A stretch of 64,000 bases of DNA from an uncultured Gemmatimonadales bacterium (GTDB taxonomy: Bacteria > Gemmatimonadota > Gemmatimonadetes > Palauibacterales > Palauibacteraceae). The stretch lies in contig CAWANJ010000001.1 in assembly GCA_963783385.1 (NCBI GenBank), positions 576,001 to 640,000 on the forward strand. Reading direction: 5' to 3'. Shown in pieces: positions 23,130-32,933 of the stretch (position 1 is the stretch's first letter; every line of letters begins with the position of its first letter). The position numbers and the translations under genes are program-made. Under the pieces are notes generated by a model. That model worked only from the letters and a program-made list of their open reading frames with translations, had not been told where the DNA came from and made no database searches.

Positions 23130-23981
23130 TCAGCTCTGCAGGTTGCGCAGCGGAATGTCGAAGCTGAGGTCGCGGCTCACATCGAATCGGTTCGAGCCCG
23201 ATCCTATGGCCGAGGCGGAAACCCGGATCGATCGGATGTCCGTGAGGTCGGAGCCCGTAAGGGTCCCGTGGACGGTGCCGTCCGCCTTCACGTACCGGAA
23301 CGCGGCGCCCGTATCGAAGGGAGCCACGAGTTCCTGGTCGTTCCGCCACAGGGCGGTGCCGCTTGTGAAGGAGGAGGCGGCGAACGAATACGTCAGCATT
23401 CCGTACACGCGCAGGACCGAGCCCGCGGCGGGCGTCGCGAGTCCGCTGCTGCTCCAGTCGATCGCCCGGAAGCGGCTGGCGTCAACGCTCTGGACGACGC
23501 CCCCGTTGGCGGTAGTGCACGCCGTCAGCGCCGTGGCCGACGCGCTGCCGGAGCCATCGAAGCCGTCCTTGTACGTGAAGCTCGCCGAGTTCGGATCGGA
23601 CACCGCGGTCCCGCGACCCGACGGCAGGTTCACGCTGGCCGGCTCATTGTACACGTACGTGTAGACGGTCGAGCCGCTGCTTCCGCACACCACGGCCTTG
23701 AGGACGTCGAAGCGGACCTCGACCGAGTCGGGCGTGGCCAGCTCGATGTCCGCCGGTGCCGCCATGCGGAGCTCGGAGGCCATGAGCTCGGCCGTTCCCC
23801 GGATCGTCTGCTCGGCGTAGATCGTGTCGTCGTTCTTGCCGTAGAAGCTGTTCTGGCGCATGAGGAGGCTCACCACCCCTCCGGCCAGAACACCGGCCAC
23901 GACCAGAGCGATGAGCATCTCGACCAGCGTGAAGCCGGGGGCCGCGGTGCGCCCCGAACGGGTCGGTTCGTCTCGCATCAT
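23130..23981 (-). CDS. PilW-like minor pilin
   Basis: G|FTLVEMLIA, ELRMA, C-terminal IPLRN; GAGG RBS before ATG 23981. Confidence 0.8.
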   Translation of the reverse strand: MMRDEPTRSGRTAAPGFTLVEMLIALVVAGVLAGGVVSLLMRQNSFYGKNDDTIYAEQTIRGTAELMASELRMAAPADIELATPDSVEVRFDVLKAVVCGSSGSTVYTYVYNEPASVNLPSGRGTAVSDPNSASFTYKDGFDGSGSASATALTACTTANGGVVQSVDASRFRAIDWSSSGLATPAAGSVLRVYGMLTYSFAASSFTSGTALWRNDQELVAPFDTGAAFRYVKADGTVHGTLTGSDLTDIRSIRVSASAIGSGSNRFDVSRDLSFDIPLRNLQS

Positions 23982-24022
23982 GTTCCTCGATTCCTCCAGC
24001 CGGGAGGACCGGCCTGGCGTGC

Positions 24023-24463
24023 TCACGGTGTCGGCAGGGTCACGGGGGCGTGCAGGCGCGTGACGAAGGTGTCGGGGGTCACGCCCGTGGCACCCGTCAC
24101 CACCAGCTGCACGCTCTTCAGCTTGGTCGCGGCCTGGGTCACGGTCCGCGAGACGGTATAACTGCGGCCCGCGACCGTCACCGTCGTGTCCGAGCTACCC
24201 ACGGCCACGCCGGCGTAGTTCTGGGCCATGGCGTCCATGATCTGCTGGGCGGCCATGGCCTGGTCCGTGTCGTAGGCGGCTCCGCGGGTCTGGTGGGCCG
24301 TCGACAGGCTCACACCGGCCAGCGCGAGAAGACCGAAGGCCAGGATCACGACCGCGATCAGCACCTCGACGAGGCCGAAGCCTTCCTCGTGGCTCCCGAC
24401 TACCACGCGGTGGAGGAGCACCCTATCGGCCGCTCGAGATGACACCGGATTCTCCCTGTTCAT
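24023..24463 (-). CDS. PilV-like minor pilin
   Basis: G|FGLVEVLIAVVILAFGLLAL. Confidence 0.8.
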   Translation of the reverse strand: MNRENPVSSRAADRVLLHRVVVGSHEEGFGLVEVLIAVVILAFGLLALAGVSLSTAHQTRGAAYDTDQAMAAQQIMDAMAQNYAGVAVGSSDTTVTVAGRSYTVSRTVTQAATKLKSVQLVVTGATGVTPDTFVTRLHAPVTLPTP

Positions 24464-24470
24464 GCTCACC

Positions 24471-24950
24471 TCACGGCACCTGGGCGATCCGCGTCCGACC
24501 GAGCGCGGAGACGTCCACCTTCTTGGTCAGCCCACTCCGGCCCAGGTCGATCTCCACGGTCCCGCCGGACGTCAGCATGCCGCGCGAGTTGAAGGTGATC
24601 GAGTCGCCGGTCGCCTTGACATCGAGCAGCGTGAGCGGCGTGTCGCTCGTGGAGCTCATGTCCGTGCTGGCCAGGATCGTCCCGCTCGCAGCACGGATCA
24701 CGTAGCTTCGACCACCCTCGTCGGCCACCAGGGCGACGTTCTCGCCCCGTCGGATGGCGAAGCTCCGCGCCAGCGTGACGTCGCTGGTCAGCGCCCGCGC
24801 CGCCTGGTCGACGATCGTGGACTCGTTGAACCGCTTGAATCCGCGAAAGCCCACCGCCACCAGGATGGAGAACATGGCGATCACGATCAGCAGCTCGACC
24901 AGGGTGAAGCCCTCCTGGCCGGCCGATCGCGGAGTCCCAAAGTCACGCAT
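24471..24950 (-). CDS. FimU/FimT (GspH-like) minor pilin
   Basis: G|FTLVELLI, LARSFAI, ITFNSRG, VSALGR. Confidence 0.85.
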   Translation of the reverse strand: MRDFGTPRSAGQEGFTLVELLIVIAMFSILVAVGFRGFKRFNESTIVDQAARALTSDVTLARSFAIRRGENVALVADEGGRSYVIRAASGTILASTDMSSTSDTPLTLLDVKATGDSITFNSRGMLTSGGTVEIDLGRSGLTKKVDVSALGRTRIAQVP

Positions 24951-25232
24951 TTCGCCACAAGTCTCGCACATCGTTCCTCTAAGTTGCTCGCGCTTCGATT
25001 GTTGGCGCGAAGCGTTCGTACCATGAGAGCAAGAAACCGGCCCGGTCACAAGACTTTCCGCCACAACGGCTTGCGTAGTTCCGAGGCGTCCGCGGTCGTG
25101 TACATCGTGCCGGTGGCTGAAAAAAGTGCAGCCCGGCGCGATGGGCGGCGGCGAGCCCCCGCAGGGAGAGAATGCAGGGCGTGCGCCATGCCGGCCGGAT
25201 CGGTGTGGCGGAGGTCGCCGGGGGGACGGCCG

Positions 25233-25721
25233 TCAGGGGCCGACGAGGCGGAAGCGGACGGTTCGGATGCGGCCCACGAAGTTGCACACGAGCCGGATGG
25301 CCCGCGGGCCACGGTACAGGTAGAGGCTGCCGGGAGCCGCCTGGCCCCGGGCGTTGAAACGGAGGGTCCGGGGCCGCAGCCGGAGGGAGTCCAGTCGCGA
25401 AACGTCTCCGGAGAGCCAGGTCCGGTCCACCACCCGCCCGGCCGGGTCGTAGGTTTCGAGCGCGCCTCCCTGCGTCAGCCGCACCCGCAGCGTCTGCCGC
25501 CGGGCCAGGGCTCGCGTCCGGGCCAGCGCCAGGTGGCCGTGCGCAGCCCGGCCGGCCGCCTCGAGCGCCACCGAGTCACGCCACGTCCGGTACCCCCGTA
25601 CGCCGAGGGCCGCCAGGAGTGCGGCCAGGGTGAGCGCGATGAGGAGCTCGACCAGGGTGAAGCCGGACGTGCGCGGGCGAGCTCGCACGGGGGCTCCTCC
25701 CGGAAGGCCGGTCCCAGCCAT
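25233..25721 (-). CDS. Second FimU/FimT-like pseudopilin (start may be GTG 25688)
   Basis: G|FTLVELLIA, LARTRA, LRFNARG, NFVGR. Confidence 0.75.
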   Translation of the reverse strand: MAGTGLPGGAPVRARPRTSGFTLVELLIALTLAALLAALGVRGYRTWRDSVALEAAGRAAHGHLALARTRALARRQTLRVRLTQGGALETYDPAGRVVDRTWLSGDVSRLDSLRLRPRTLRFNARGQAAPGSLYLYRGPRAIRLVCNFVGRIRTVRFRLVGP

Positions 25722-25799
25722 CGTCCTCCCTCATCCGTCCCGGGCCACGTGACGCCACCCTCCCGTCGGAGGCTCCGCGCTCGCATCACTGCCGCGTCA

Positions 25800-27866
25800 T
25801 CACGGCGACTCGCGGGCCGCATGGGGGCGCTCTTCTGTTTCCGGGGTGCCTCCCGCGGAGGCGAGGGGCTTGAAGCGCCCCCGATCGTAAAGGTAAGCCC
25901 TGAGATCGGGATACGACGCCTCGAGCTCGCTATCAAGCCCCCGCAGGTCGCGCGCGACGACCAGCGGCCCGCTCAGGTCCGGTCGGTCATCGAGGAGGTG
26001 GGGCGTGAACAAGCTGTAGCCGGAGCGATCGTACGCGACCTCCGCGGCGCAGTCAGCCGGGAGGTGGGGATTCGCCCCGAACCGACCCCGCCTGAGGCGA
26101 AGGGTCGGATCCCCGTTGAGCTCCGTCGCGCGCACCAGAATCTCTCTCTTTTGGGTTAGCACTCCAAGCTCGGCGTCGAGGCGGGCGGCGGACCAGCCAT
26201 CACGTCGGGCAGCTTCGGCCATCTTCAGTAGCTCGCAGAAGTCCACCGTTCGGTAGGCGATCTCAACCACCGAGGCCGATGCACCCATGCCCCTCAGACG
26301 TGCGATGAGACGATTCCCCGCGTCGACCTTCACGAACACCAGCGCTCGACCGATGCCAGCTTCTCGGGCGCGAGCCGGGAGGTCCCCCCTCATGGAGGCC
26401 ATCCTCCCGGTGGTGTACACTCGCAGCCTTCCCGGTACGCCGACCACCGCTCCCCACACCATACAGAGGCCGAGCGTTGTGAAGGCCCACCGCCGCAGGC
26501 TGACGGGTCCAAGCAGGTCGCCGAGGCCAACACGTATGCTTCCGAGCCGGCCGGCTGCCACGACGAGGACGCGCGCCGTGAGCGGCAGAAGGAAGGCGAG
26601 CCCGGAGTACAGGAAGCGCGGCCCCAGGTATGCGTCCCGATGCCAGTAAAAAAAGTAGGCGACCGGAATCGCCAGGAAGCCTATGACCAGCCGCCGATCC
26701 CATCTCTCTTCGAGCCAACCCGCCGCCAATGCGGCACCCACGGGCCACAGCGCCGGCAGGGGCCACTCGAACAGGTTGAGATCGAGGAGCTGCAAGTCCG
26801 TGAGCTCGTTGCGGAGTCCCCGAACGGGCGTGTGCCCCTCCCCCCAGGGCGTGGCGTGGAAGCCGATTCCGTGGTTGCTACCCCAGAGCTTCAGGTAGCC
26901 CGGCAGGAGGGCGCTGCCAGTGGTGAGACGGTTGTAGACCGGGTACGCGGCCGCGACGACAAGGAAGGCTACGGCGGCGACCGCCAGGTGGCCCAGACGT
27001 CCAGTTCGCCGGGCCGAGGCCCTGCCGAACAGCGCGAAGGGCAGCCCGATTGCGGCCACGGTGTAGGGCCGGCTGAGGAAACCCACGCCGAGGACCGCGG
27101 CCGCCAGGGCCAAGCGTCCGACCCCTCCACTCTCCTCCCACGCCGCTGACAACCACAGGAAGACGGAAACGCAGAACAGTGCCGAAACGTGGCTCATATA
27201 GCTCGCGCCCATCACCCAGAAGAACGGTGACAGCAGGGCCAGGAGCATTGTCAGCCGAGCGACCGTGTCCCCGTAGGCCCGACGGGCGAAGGCATAGAGA
27301 GCTAGAGCCGTCCCGACCGTAAGCGCGACGGGAACCGCCCACGCGTGTCCGCTGAGAACTCCCAGTGTCAAGACCGCAGGATGGCCGGGCGGATACTGGG
27401 AGTACCAGCGCCCTCCGTCGAACAGCATCTGCTGAGTCATGAAGAACGCCGGAAGGCGGGGAGCTGGTGCCGCCAGCCGGCCGCTCGCGAAGATCCGCGC
27501 TTGGAATAGCTGGACCACGCTGTCCACCAGTAGCGGACGGTGCTCGAACACCAGCCGGGAGACAACCACGAGAAGCACCGCCAGAGCCGACGAGCACGCG
27601 AGGCGGGTCCACGGGGCTAGCCGACGCGCCGCCCATCCGATTCGATCGATGGCCCCCGCCGGCAGTGGTGGGAGGCTCAGGACCCAGCCCGCTCCCAGAA
27701 AGATGGCCGCGCCGAGCGCCCACTCGTCCGGTGACACGAGAGCGCCCGAGCCAGGGATGCCGCCGAACAGCGCGTGAAGCGGCACGAACGGCATGACGAG
27801 CAGACCAAAGCCAACCAGACGCCAGGCAGCACGGAGAGGGCCTCTTGGTCCGGACGTCTCAGCCAC
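25800..27866 (-). CDS. Polytopic membrane glycosyltransferase, GT-C fold (ArnT/PMT-like)
   Basis: About 12 TM segments, YSQYPPG loop, SPFF, SRP, GPRF; GTG 27866 overlaps the upstream stop by 8 nt (start uncertain). Confidence 0.7.
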   Translation of the reverse strand: MAETSGPRGPLRAAWRLVGFGLLVMPFVPLHALFGGIPGSGALVSPDEWALGAAIFLGAGWVLSLPPLPAGAIDRIGWAARRLAPWTRLACSSALAVLLVVVSRLVFEHRPLLVDSVVQLFQARIFASGRLAAPAPRLPAFFMTQQMLFDGGRWYSQYPPGHPAVLTLGVLSGHAWAVPVALTVGTALALYAFARRAYGDTVARLTMLLALLSPFFWVMGASYMSHVSALFCVSVFLWLSAAWEESGGVGRLALAAAVLGVGFLSRPYTVAAIGLPFALFGRASARRTGRLGHLAVAAVAFLVVAAAYPVYNRLTTGSALLPGYLKLWGSNHGIGFHATPWGEGHTPVRGLRNELTDLQLLDLNLFEWPLPALWPVGAALAAGWLEERWDRRLVIGFLAIPVAYFFYWHRDAYLGPRFLYSGLAFLLPLTARVLVVAAGRLGSIRVGLGDLLGPVSLRRWAFTTLGLCMVWGAVVGVPGRLRVYTTGRMASMRGDLPARAREAGIGRALVFVKVDAGNRLIARLRGMGASASVVEIAYRTVDFCELLKMAEAARRDGWSAARLDAELGVLTQKREILVRATELNGDPTLRLRRGRFGANPHLPADCAAEVAYDRSGYSLFTPHLLDDRPDLSGPLVVARDLRGLDSELEASYPDLRAYLYDRGRFKPLASAGGTPETEERPHAARESP

Positions 27867-28623
27867 GGCTCGGGGTGGCCCGACAGAGGGCCACCAGCGA
27901 CAGGCCGATCGGGAGGCGACCCCGGCGGACAATTGGTACTTCCCAGCGGCAGAGATTATATAGCCCGCGTTCGACGAAAGCGGGCAGCTCGATGAAGTCG
28001 TCGGACGGAGGTACGCTGGCGATGCGTCCGAGCAACCGCCGGATCGGCCGAACCACGCACGCTAGTGGTAGAACGGTAGCGAAGGCGAAGGAAAGCTGCT
28101 CGATGTCGAGTCCCGCGTCGGCCAGCTTCGTACGGAGTTCCTCTCGCCGGTAGCGGCGTCGGTGGTGCAGCACCGCATCATGCGGAGACCAGAGCGCTGG
28201 GTGAGCAGGCACAGTGATCACCGCCACACCGTCCGGGCGGAGAATCCTGCGCATTTCCCGCATGGCAGCTACATCGTCGTCCAGGTGCTCCAGGACATTG
28301 AGCGCCAGGACCGCATCGAAGGCACCGCTGGCGGCCGGGAGCTCGACAGCGGAGGCTTGCACGAGATCGGTCAGGCCCCGTTCCTGCGACATGCGGATGG
28401 CACCTGCGTCGAACTCGAAGCCCACCGCCAGCGCCTGCATTGGAAGCTGACCGAGCACGATCCCCGTCCCCGCTCCCACATCCGCCACGCGTCTGGGACC
28501 GGCCCCTCCTCTGTTTGCGGCGAGGCCATCCTGCAGGAGTCCGTAGACGAAGTCACGCTTCAGTCGAAACCACCAGTCGACCTCCTCGAAGCGCCGCATT
28601 CGGGCGTACTGATCGCGCTCCAT
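27859..28623 (-). CDS. Class I SAM-dependent methyltransferase
   Basis: DVGAGTG, VLEHLDDD, TVPA...WSPHD...HRRRY. Confidence 0.9.
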   Translation of the reverse strand: MERDQYARMRRFEEVDWWFRLKRDFVYGLLQDGLAANRGGAGPRRVADVGAGTGIVLGQLPMQALAVGFEFDAGAIRMSQERGLTDLVQASAVELPAASGAFDAVLALNVLEHLDDDVAAMREMRRILRPDGVAVITVPAHPALWSPHDAVLHHRRRYRREELRTKLADAGLDIEQLSFAFATVLPLACVVRPIRRLLGRIASVPPSDDFIELPAFVERGLYNLCRWEVPIVRRGRLPIGLSLVALCRATPSRG

Positions 28624-28630
28624 GGCTCGG

Positions 28631-30355
28631 TCAGCTCCGATCTCGAATCCGGGACGCGTCCCGTGGCGGAGCGGAACCGGGGTCCCTGGAGGCGTCCCTC
28701 TCCCCCCTCGGCTGCCACACGAAGAACCCGGGACCACGGTGCACAGCGTAACGCTCCACGATCGGCTGCCACACGTCGTCCAGGTACCAGAAGTAGGCGA
28801 AGCCTGCTCCGCCGGCAGGGCTGGACACGCGTACGTTGCGCCCGGCCATTAGGTCGAAGACTGTCAGCACGAACGGCACGTCTCCCGCCTGAAGGCGGTC
28901 GCCCAGGACCAATGCGTTCCACATGCCGGCACGACTCAGGAGCCCGAAGGCATATGGGTCGTTCAGGAAGGGCAGGCTTCCCGCGCGAATGACGTCGGGG
29001 AAAGCCGACGCGTCTACTAGGGGGGAACGCCCATCAAGCCCGTTCATGACGATCGTCAAACCGGTGTGACGCCAGACCTCCGCCAGGTTCGAAACGAGAT
29101 CCTGGCCGGCCGGCACTGCGACGGCGAGCATGCCCAGAAGCGATGCCGTCCCGAGCAGGTGCGGCCCCGACCGGACCCGGTTCAGAATCGCCTGCGGTGT
29201 CGGTGCGGGAAGGGTGAAGACCAGAAGGACCGAGGCGAACACCGGCTCAAGGAAGTAGTTGATGCTGGAACCCGTTTTCAGGGTCGCCGTCCCGTGCACT
29301 ACCCAGGCGAGTGCCGCATACAGAACCGCAAAGCTCGCCGGACGCCGCCTCCGTTGCCGGCCGGCGGCGAGGAGTGCGATCAGGAGGCCGAGGAGGGGAG
29401 CCCACATCCACAGCTTCGCATCCGCCAGCACGGCGGTCACGTTCTGGAACTCGAAGCCGTGACCCAGAGCTCCCACCGTGTTGAGGAGATAGCCTCCGTT
29501 CGTCCACGATTGAAGGACCAACATCCCGGCCCCGACCACGCAAACGAAACCCGCCGCACCAACGAGTGCACGTCGTGTCCGTCCCCGCCGAAGCTCGTCC
29601 AGCACGAGCGCAATGGGAGCTGCCACGAAGCTCTGCTTCGTGAAGACCGCGAGGACGAAGAACGCGGCGGCCGCAGCCAGAAGCGGCGTGGTCCGCCTCG
29701 TCTCGGCCGCGGGGGCCGACGAACTCCGCGCTCCGGAACCAGAGCCCCACGATGCGGAATCCTCGCCTTCGGAGCCGGCTCCCGCTTCGAGAGCACGAGC
29801 GCGTAGTACGAACCGCACGCCCGCCAGCGTCCAGAACATGGCCAGTACGTCGACCTGGGCGCTTCCGGCCAGGGACCGGATGCCCGGGACCAGGACCAAC
29901 GCACCCCCTGCCAGAAGGGCGGCCCACGTCCAGGGATGGCCGCGGGTCCGCGCGATTCCGATCAGGGCTGCGAGGCAGCCCGCGAGCGCCACGCAGCCGA
30001 CAAGCCGAGGAGCCAACAACGACCCGCCGACGCCCGGGATGGCCATGACGGCCGCGCTCAACACGAAGTAGATCGGGGGGTAGAGAGTCAGTACGAGTGG
30101 AGGCGCGGTCCAGCCACCTACGGGATAGAGCGCTGAGAGCGAGCCGGCGCGCCGGAAGGCCGTGAGGCTCGCGAACACCGGCGCTTCCGTGTACTCGAAG
30201 ATACGCCCAGTGCGGACCGCGTGCAGGACCCCGAGGGTGAGGACTCCGATTGCCAGCAGGGTCAGCACGCCGGCCAGCACTCGAACCAGACGGCGAGTCC
30301 AGGCGTTGAACGTCGAATCGGCACCCTCCGCCTCTCGCAGCGTCAGCTCGCTCAC
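28631..30355 (-). CDS. Polytopic membrane protein, probable GT-C glycosyltransferase
   Basis: YTE loop, LYPP, VD, FTKQS, GSSINYFLE; many TMs; GTGA overlap with the GT2 stop. Confidence 0.65.
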   Translation of the reverse strand: MSELTLREAEGADSTFNAWTRRLVRVLAGVLTLLAIGVLTLGVLHAVRTGRIFEYTEAPVFASLTAFRRAGSLSALYPVGGWTAPPLVLTLYPPIYFVLSAAVMAIPGVGGSLLAPRLVGCVALAGCLAALIGIARTRGHPWTWAALLAGGALVLVPGIRSLAGSAQVDVLAMFWTLAGVRFVLRARALEAGAGSEGEDSASWGSGSGARSSSAPAAETRRTTPLLAAAAAFFVLAVFTKQSFVAAPIALVLDELRRGRTRRALVGAAGFVCVVGAGMLVLQSWTNGGYLLNTVGALGHGFEFQNVTAVLADAKLWMWAPLLGLLIALLAAGRQRRRRPASFAVLYAALAWVVHGTATLKTGSSINYFLEPVFASVLLVFTLPAPTPQAILNRVRSGPHLLGTASLLGMLAVAVPAGQDLVSNLAEVWRHTGLTIVMNGLDGRSPLVDASAFPDVIRAGSLPFLNDPYAFGLLSRAGMWNALVLGDRLQAGDVPFVLTVFDLMAGRNVRVSSPAGGAGFAYFWYLDDVWQPIVERYAVHRGPGFFVWQPRGERDASRDPGSAPPRDASRIRDRS

Positions 30356-31320
30356 GCGCCGCCCATTCCCGGCAGGTCGACCCGTCGGTCCGACGACTCG
30401 ATGTTCCGGTAGCGCTCGACCACGAAGGCCGGTCGACCCTTGGTCTCCTCGTACACGCGGCCCAGGTACTCGCCGATCACACCCAGGGCCAGGAGTTGAA
30501 TGCCGCCGAGGAAGAGCACGGATGTCATCACTGAGGCCCAACCCTGGATGGCCCGTCCCGTAACGAGGCGCTCGTAGAGCACGTCGAGAAGAACGATGAA
30601 CGCCACCCCCGAGACGACGAAGCCGAGCACGCTCGCCGCCCGCAGGGGAACCTCCGAAAACGCGAACAGGGCATCGGTCGCCAAGCGGAGCAGCTTTGAG
30701 GGGGACTGCCTCGGCTGCCCCGCGTACCGAGCCGCCCGCTCGAACTCAACGCCGATCTGAGGCCCCCCTACGTACGCCCGGAGTCCGCTGACGTAGCGAT
30801 GGCGCTCGGGCATTCGGTTGATGAGATCCACGACCGAGCGGTCCATCAGCGAGAAGTTGCCCGCGTTGGCCGGGATCTCGAGGGGACTCAGCTTCCGAAG
30901 AAGCCAGTAGAAGCCGGAGAACAACCATTGCTTGAACAGGCCTTCCTTGCGGTCTCTCTTGATCGCGTACACGACCCGGTAGCCCGCCTCCCACTTTTCG
31001 AACAGACTGGGGATGACCTCGGGCGGGTCCTGGAGGTCGCCGTCCAGCACGACGACCGCATCGCCCGGGGCTACCGCCAAGCCCGCGGAGATGGCCTCCT
31101 GCTGGCCGAAATTTCTCGACAGTTGGACCACCCCCACCCGGCGATTGCTCTCGGCGAGGCCCGCCAGGAGGCCGCGGGTGGCGTCCCGGCTCCCATCGTC
31201 CACGTAGACGATGCGCCAGTCGACTTCCATGGACTCGAGCACCTCCACCAGTCGCGCATTGAGCTCCGGGAGGATGGACTCCTCGTTGTACAGGGGAACG
31301 ACGGCAGTCAGCGTCTTCAT
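30352..31320 (-). CDS. GT2 polyprenol-phosphate glycosyltransferase (GtrB/ArnC-like)
   Basis: VPLYNEE, VDDGSRD, SRNFG, DGDLQDPP, two C-terminal TMs, GEYLGR. Confidence 0.92.
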   Translation of the reverse strand: MKTLTAVVPLYNEESILPELNARLVEVLESMEVDWRIVYVDDGSRDATRGLLAGLAESNRRVGVVQLSRNFGQQEAISAGLAVAPGDAVVVLDGDLQDPPEVIPSLFEKWEAGYRVVYAIKRDRKEGLFKQWLFSGFYWLLRKLSPLEIPANAGNFSLMDRSVVDLINRMPERHRYVSGLRAYVGGPQIGVEFERAARYAGQPRQSPSKLLRLATDALFAFSEVPLRAASVLGFVVSGVAFIVLLDVLYERLVTGRAIQGWASVMTSVLFLGGIQLLALGVIGEYLGRVYEETKGRPAFVVERYRNIESSDRRVDLPGMGGA

Positions 31321-32933
31321 GGTTTGGTCCCCAGCTTCTCGAACGCCTCTCGGCTCCAGACGTAAAGACCAGCCAGCTCGACGCCCTGGTAGTGGACGGC
31401 GACGACCGGCTGCACCCGACGATACAGCTGCCACTGGTTGCTCTCGAACATGGCCTTCCGGGCGTAGAGGAGCACGTAGGGCGCCGGAAGACGTTCGGTG
31501 AGGTGCAGGTCGGACCGAAGCATGCCCCACTGCTGCAACTGCACGAAATGGTCGGACTGCGGGAAGGTCGACAGGGTCGCATCCTTCGGCAACATGCGGT
31601 CGACCCGTGCCAGGAAGGCCGGCGTGAGCGCGTCGTACCAGTAGGTGGCCTCCATGCCTCGAATGGCGGCTCCGTGCGCGCCCCCGATGCCCTCGCCATA
31701 GTAGGACAGGTAGTAGGGGGCCGTCTCCACGAGCTGCACCGCCGGGGGCACGAAGAAGAACGCTCCCAGCACGGCCACCGCCGCGCCCGACAACCGGGGC
31801 GTGACGCGATCCCGCAGAATCCTCACACCTCGCGCGAACCCGCGTCCCGCGAGCAAGGCCACGAAGGGGAACATTGGCAGGTAGAGTCTCACACCGTCGT
31901 GGTTGGGCGAGCTAGGAAGCGCAAGCAACGCCCACCAGAAGACGACCTGCACCAAACTCGCCAACACGAGGGGATCGTGCTCCCTCCTCAGACCAATCCA
32001 GGCGCCCATCCCGGCTAGGGTCAGGGTCCCCACCGGAAGCGTGGCCAGCGTCATCACGATCGCCTCGTGCCATGGCACGACGTAACCGTAGATTCGACCA
32101 AGGTAGTAAGTGGTGATTGGAACCACGGTTTCCCTGGCCAGACTCTGGCGAGTGAGCCCCACCATGTAACCGATGGGATGGTGCCAGGCCATCGGGTTGG
32201 CTGCGATGGCGAGGAGGAGACCCAGCCCGAGCAGTGCCAGAAGGCCGCCCCATCGACGACGAGCTCGGCTGTCGAGCACCACCCAGGCAGCGATCGGAGC
32301 CGGCCAGAGGTAGCCGGTGAACTTGGTGGCCATGGCCAGACCGAACCCGAATGCGCCGAGCACGATCCAGGCCCGCCGGCCGCCGCGGGCGTACGATATG
32401 GTCCCGATTGTGCCCAGGAACCACAGGGCGGTGAGCGGCATGTCGGTCGCCGCCACGTGCGCATGGCCCACGAGACGCGGCATGAGGAGGAGCGCCGCGC
32501 CGGCACCCAGACATCCAGCGATGCCCCATGCCCGTCCGGCTACCCAAGCCAGGACACCGGCGAGCAGGGTCATCCATAGCACCGACGCCAGTCGGTAGCT
32601 CCCCACGCGGCCCAGGAGGGGAGCCGTAGCCCAGCCCGTGATGGCCATCGCTTCCCGGAAAGCGGGAGGGTGGGGGTTCCAGTAATGCTCCCAGTCGAAC
32701 ACCGCCTGGATCGTACTGTCGCTCAGGGCTTCCACCCGGTTCGGACCCACGACGACCCGCTCCGCCCAGCCCTGGATGCGGTCCGTGGCGGCCATGTAGA
32801 TCGGCTCGTCCCAGGTGATTCCCACCCGACCCACGTCGTGCAGACACCAGGCGAAGGAGACCAGCGCGAACCCGGCGCTGAGAAGCGCCAGGAGCCTCCT
32901 TCCCGCCCGGTCGGACCCCCTCGCCCTGGACAT
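31317..32933 (-). CDS. Glycosyltransferase family 39 (ArnT/PMT-like), paralog B
   Basis: ITWDE, HPP, ATDM, ATKFT, HDGVRL; the real gene is the C-terminal part of the 1148-aa track ORF. Confidence 0.8.
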   Translation of the reverse strand: MSRARGSDRAGRRLLALLSAGFALVSFAWCLHDVGRVGITWDEPIYMAATDRIQGWAERVVVGPNRVEALSDSTIQAVFDWEHYWNPHPPAFREAMAITGWATAPLLGRVGSYRLASVLWMTLLAGVLAWVAGRAWGIAGCLGAGAALLLMPRLVGHAHVAATDMPLTALWFLGTIGTISYARGGRRAWIVLGAFGFGLAMATKFTGYLWPAPIAAWVVLDSRARRRWGGLLALLGLGLLLAIAANPMAWHHPIGYMVGLTRQSLARETVVPITTYYLGRIYGYVVPWHEAIVMTLATLPVGTLTLAGMGAWIGLRREHDPLVLASLVQVVFWWALLALPSSPNHDGVRLYLPMFPFVALLAGRGFARGVRILRDRVTPRLSGAAVAVLGAFFFVPPAVQLVETAPYYLSYYGEGIGGAHGAAIRGMEATYWYDALTPAFLARVDRMLPKDATLSTFPQSDHFVQLQQWGMLRSDLHLTERLPAPYVLLYARKAMFESNQWQLYRRVQPVVAVHYQGVELAGLYVWSREAFEKLGTKP

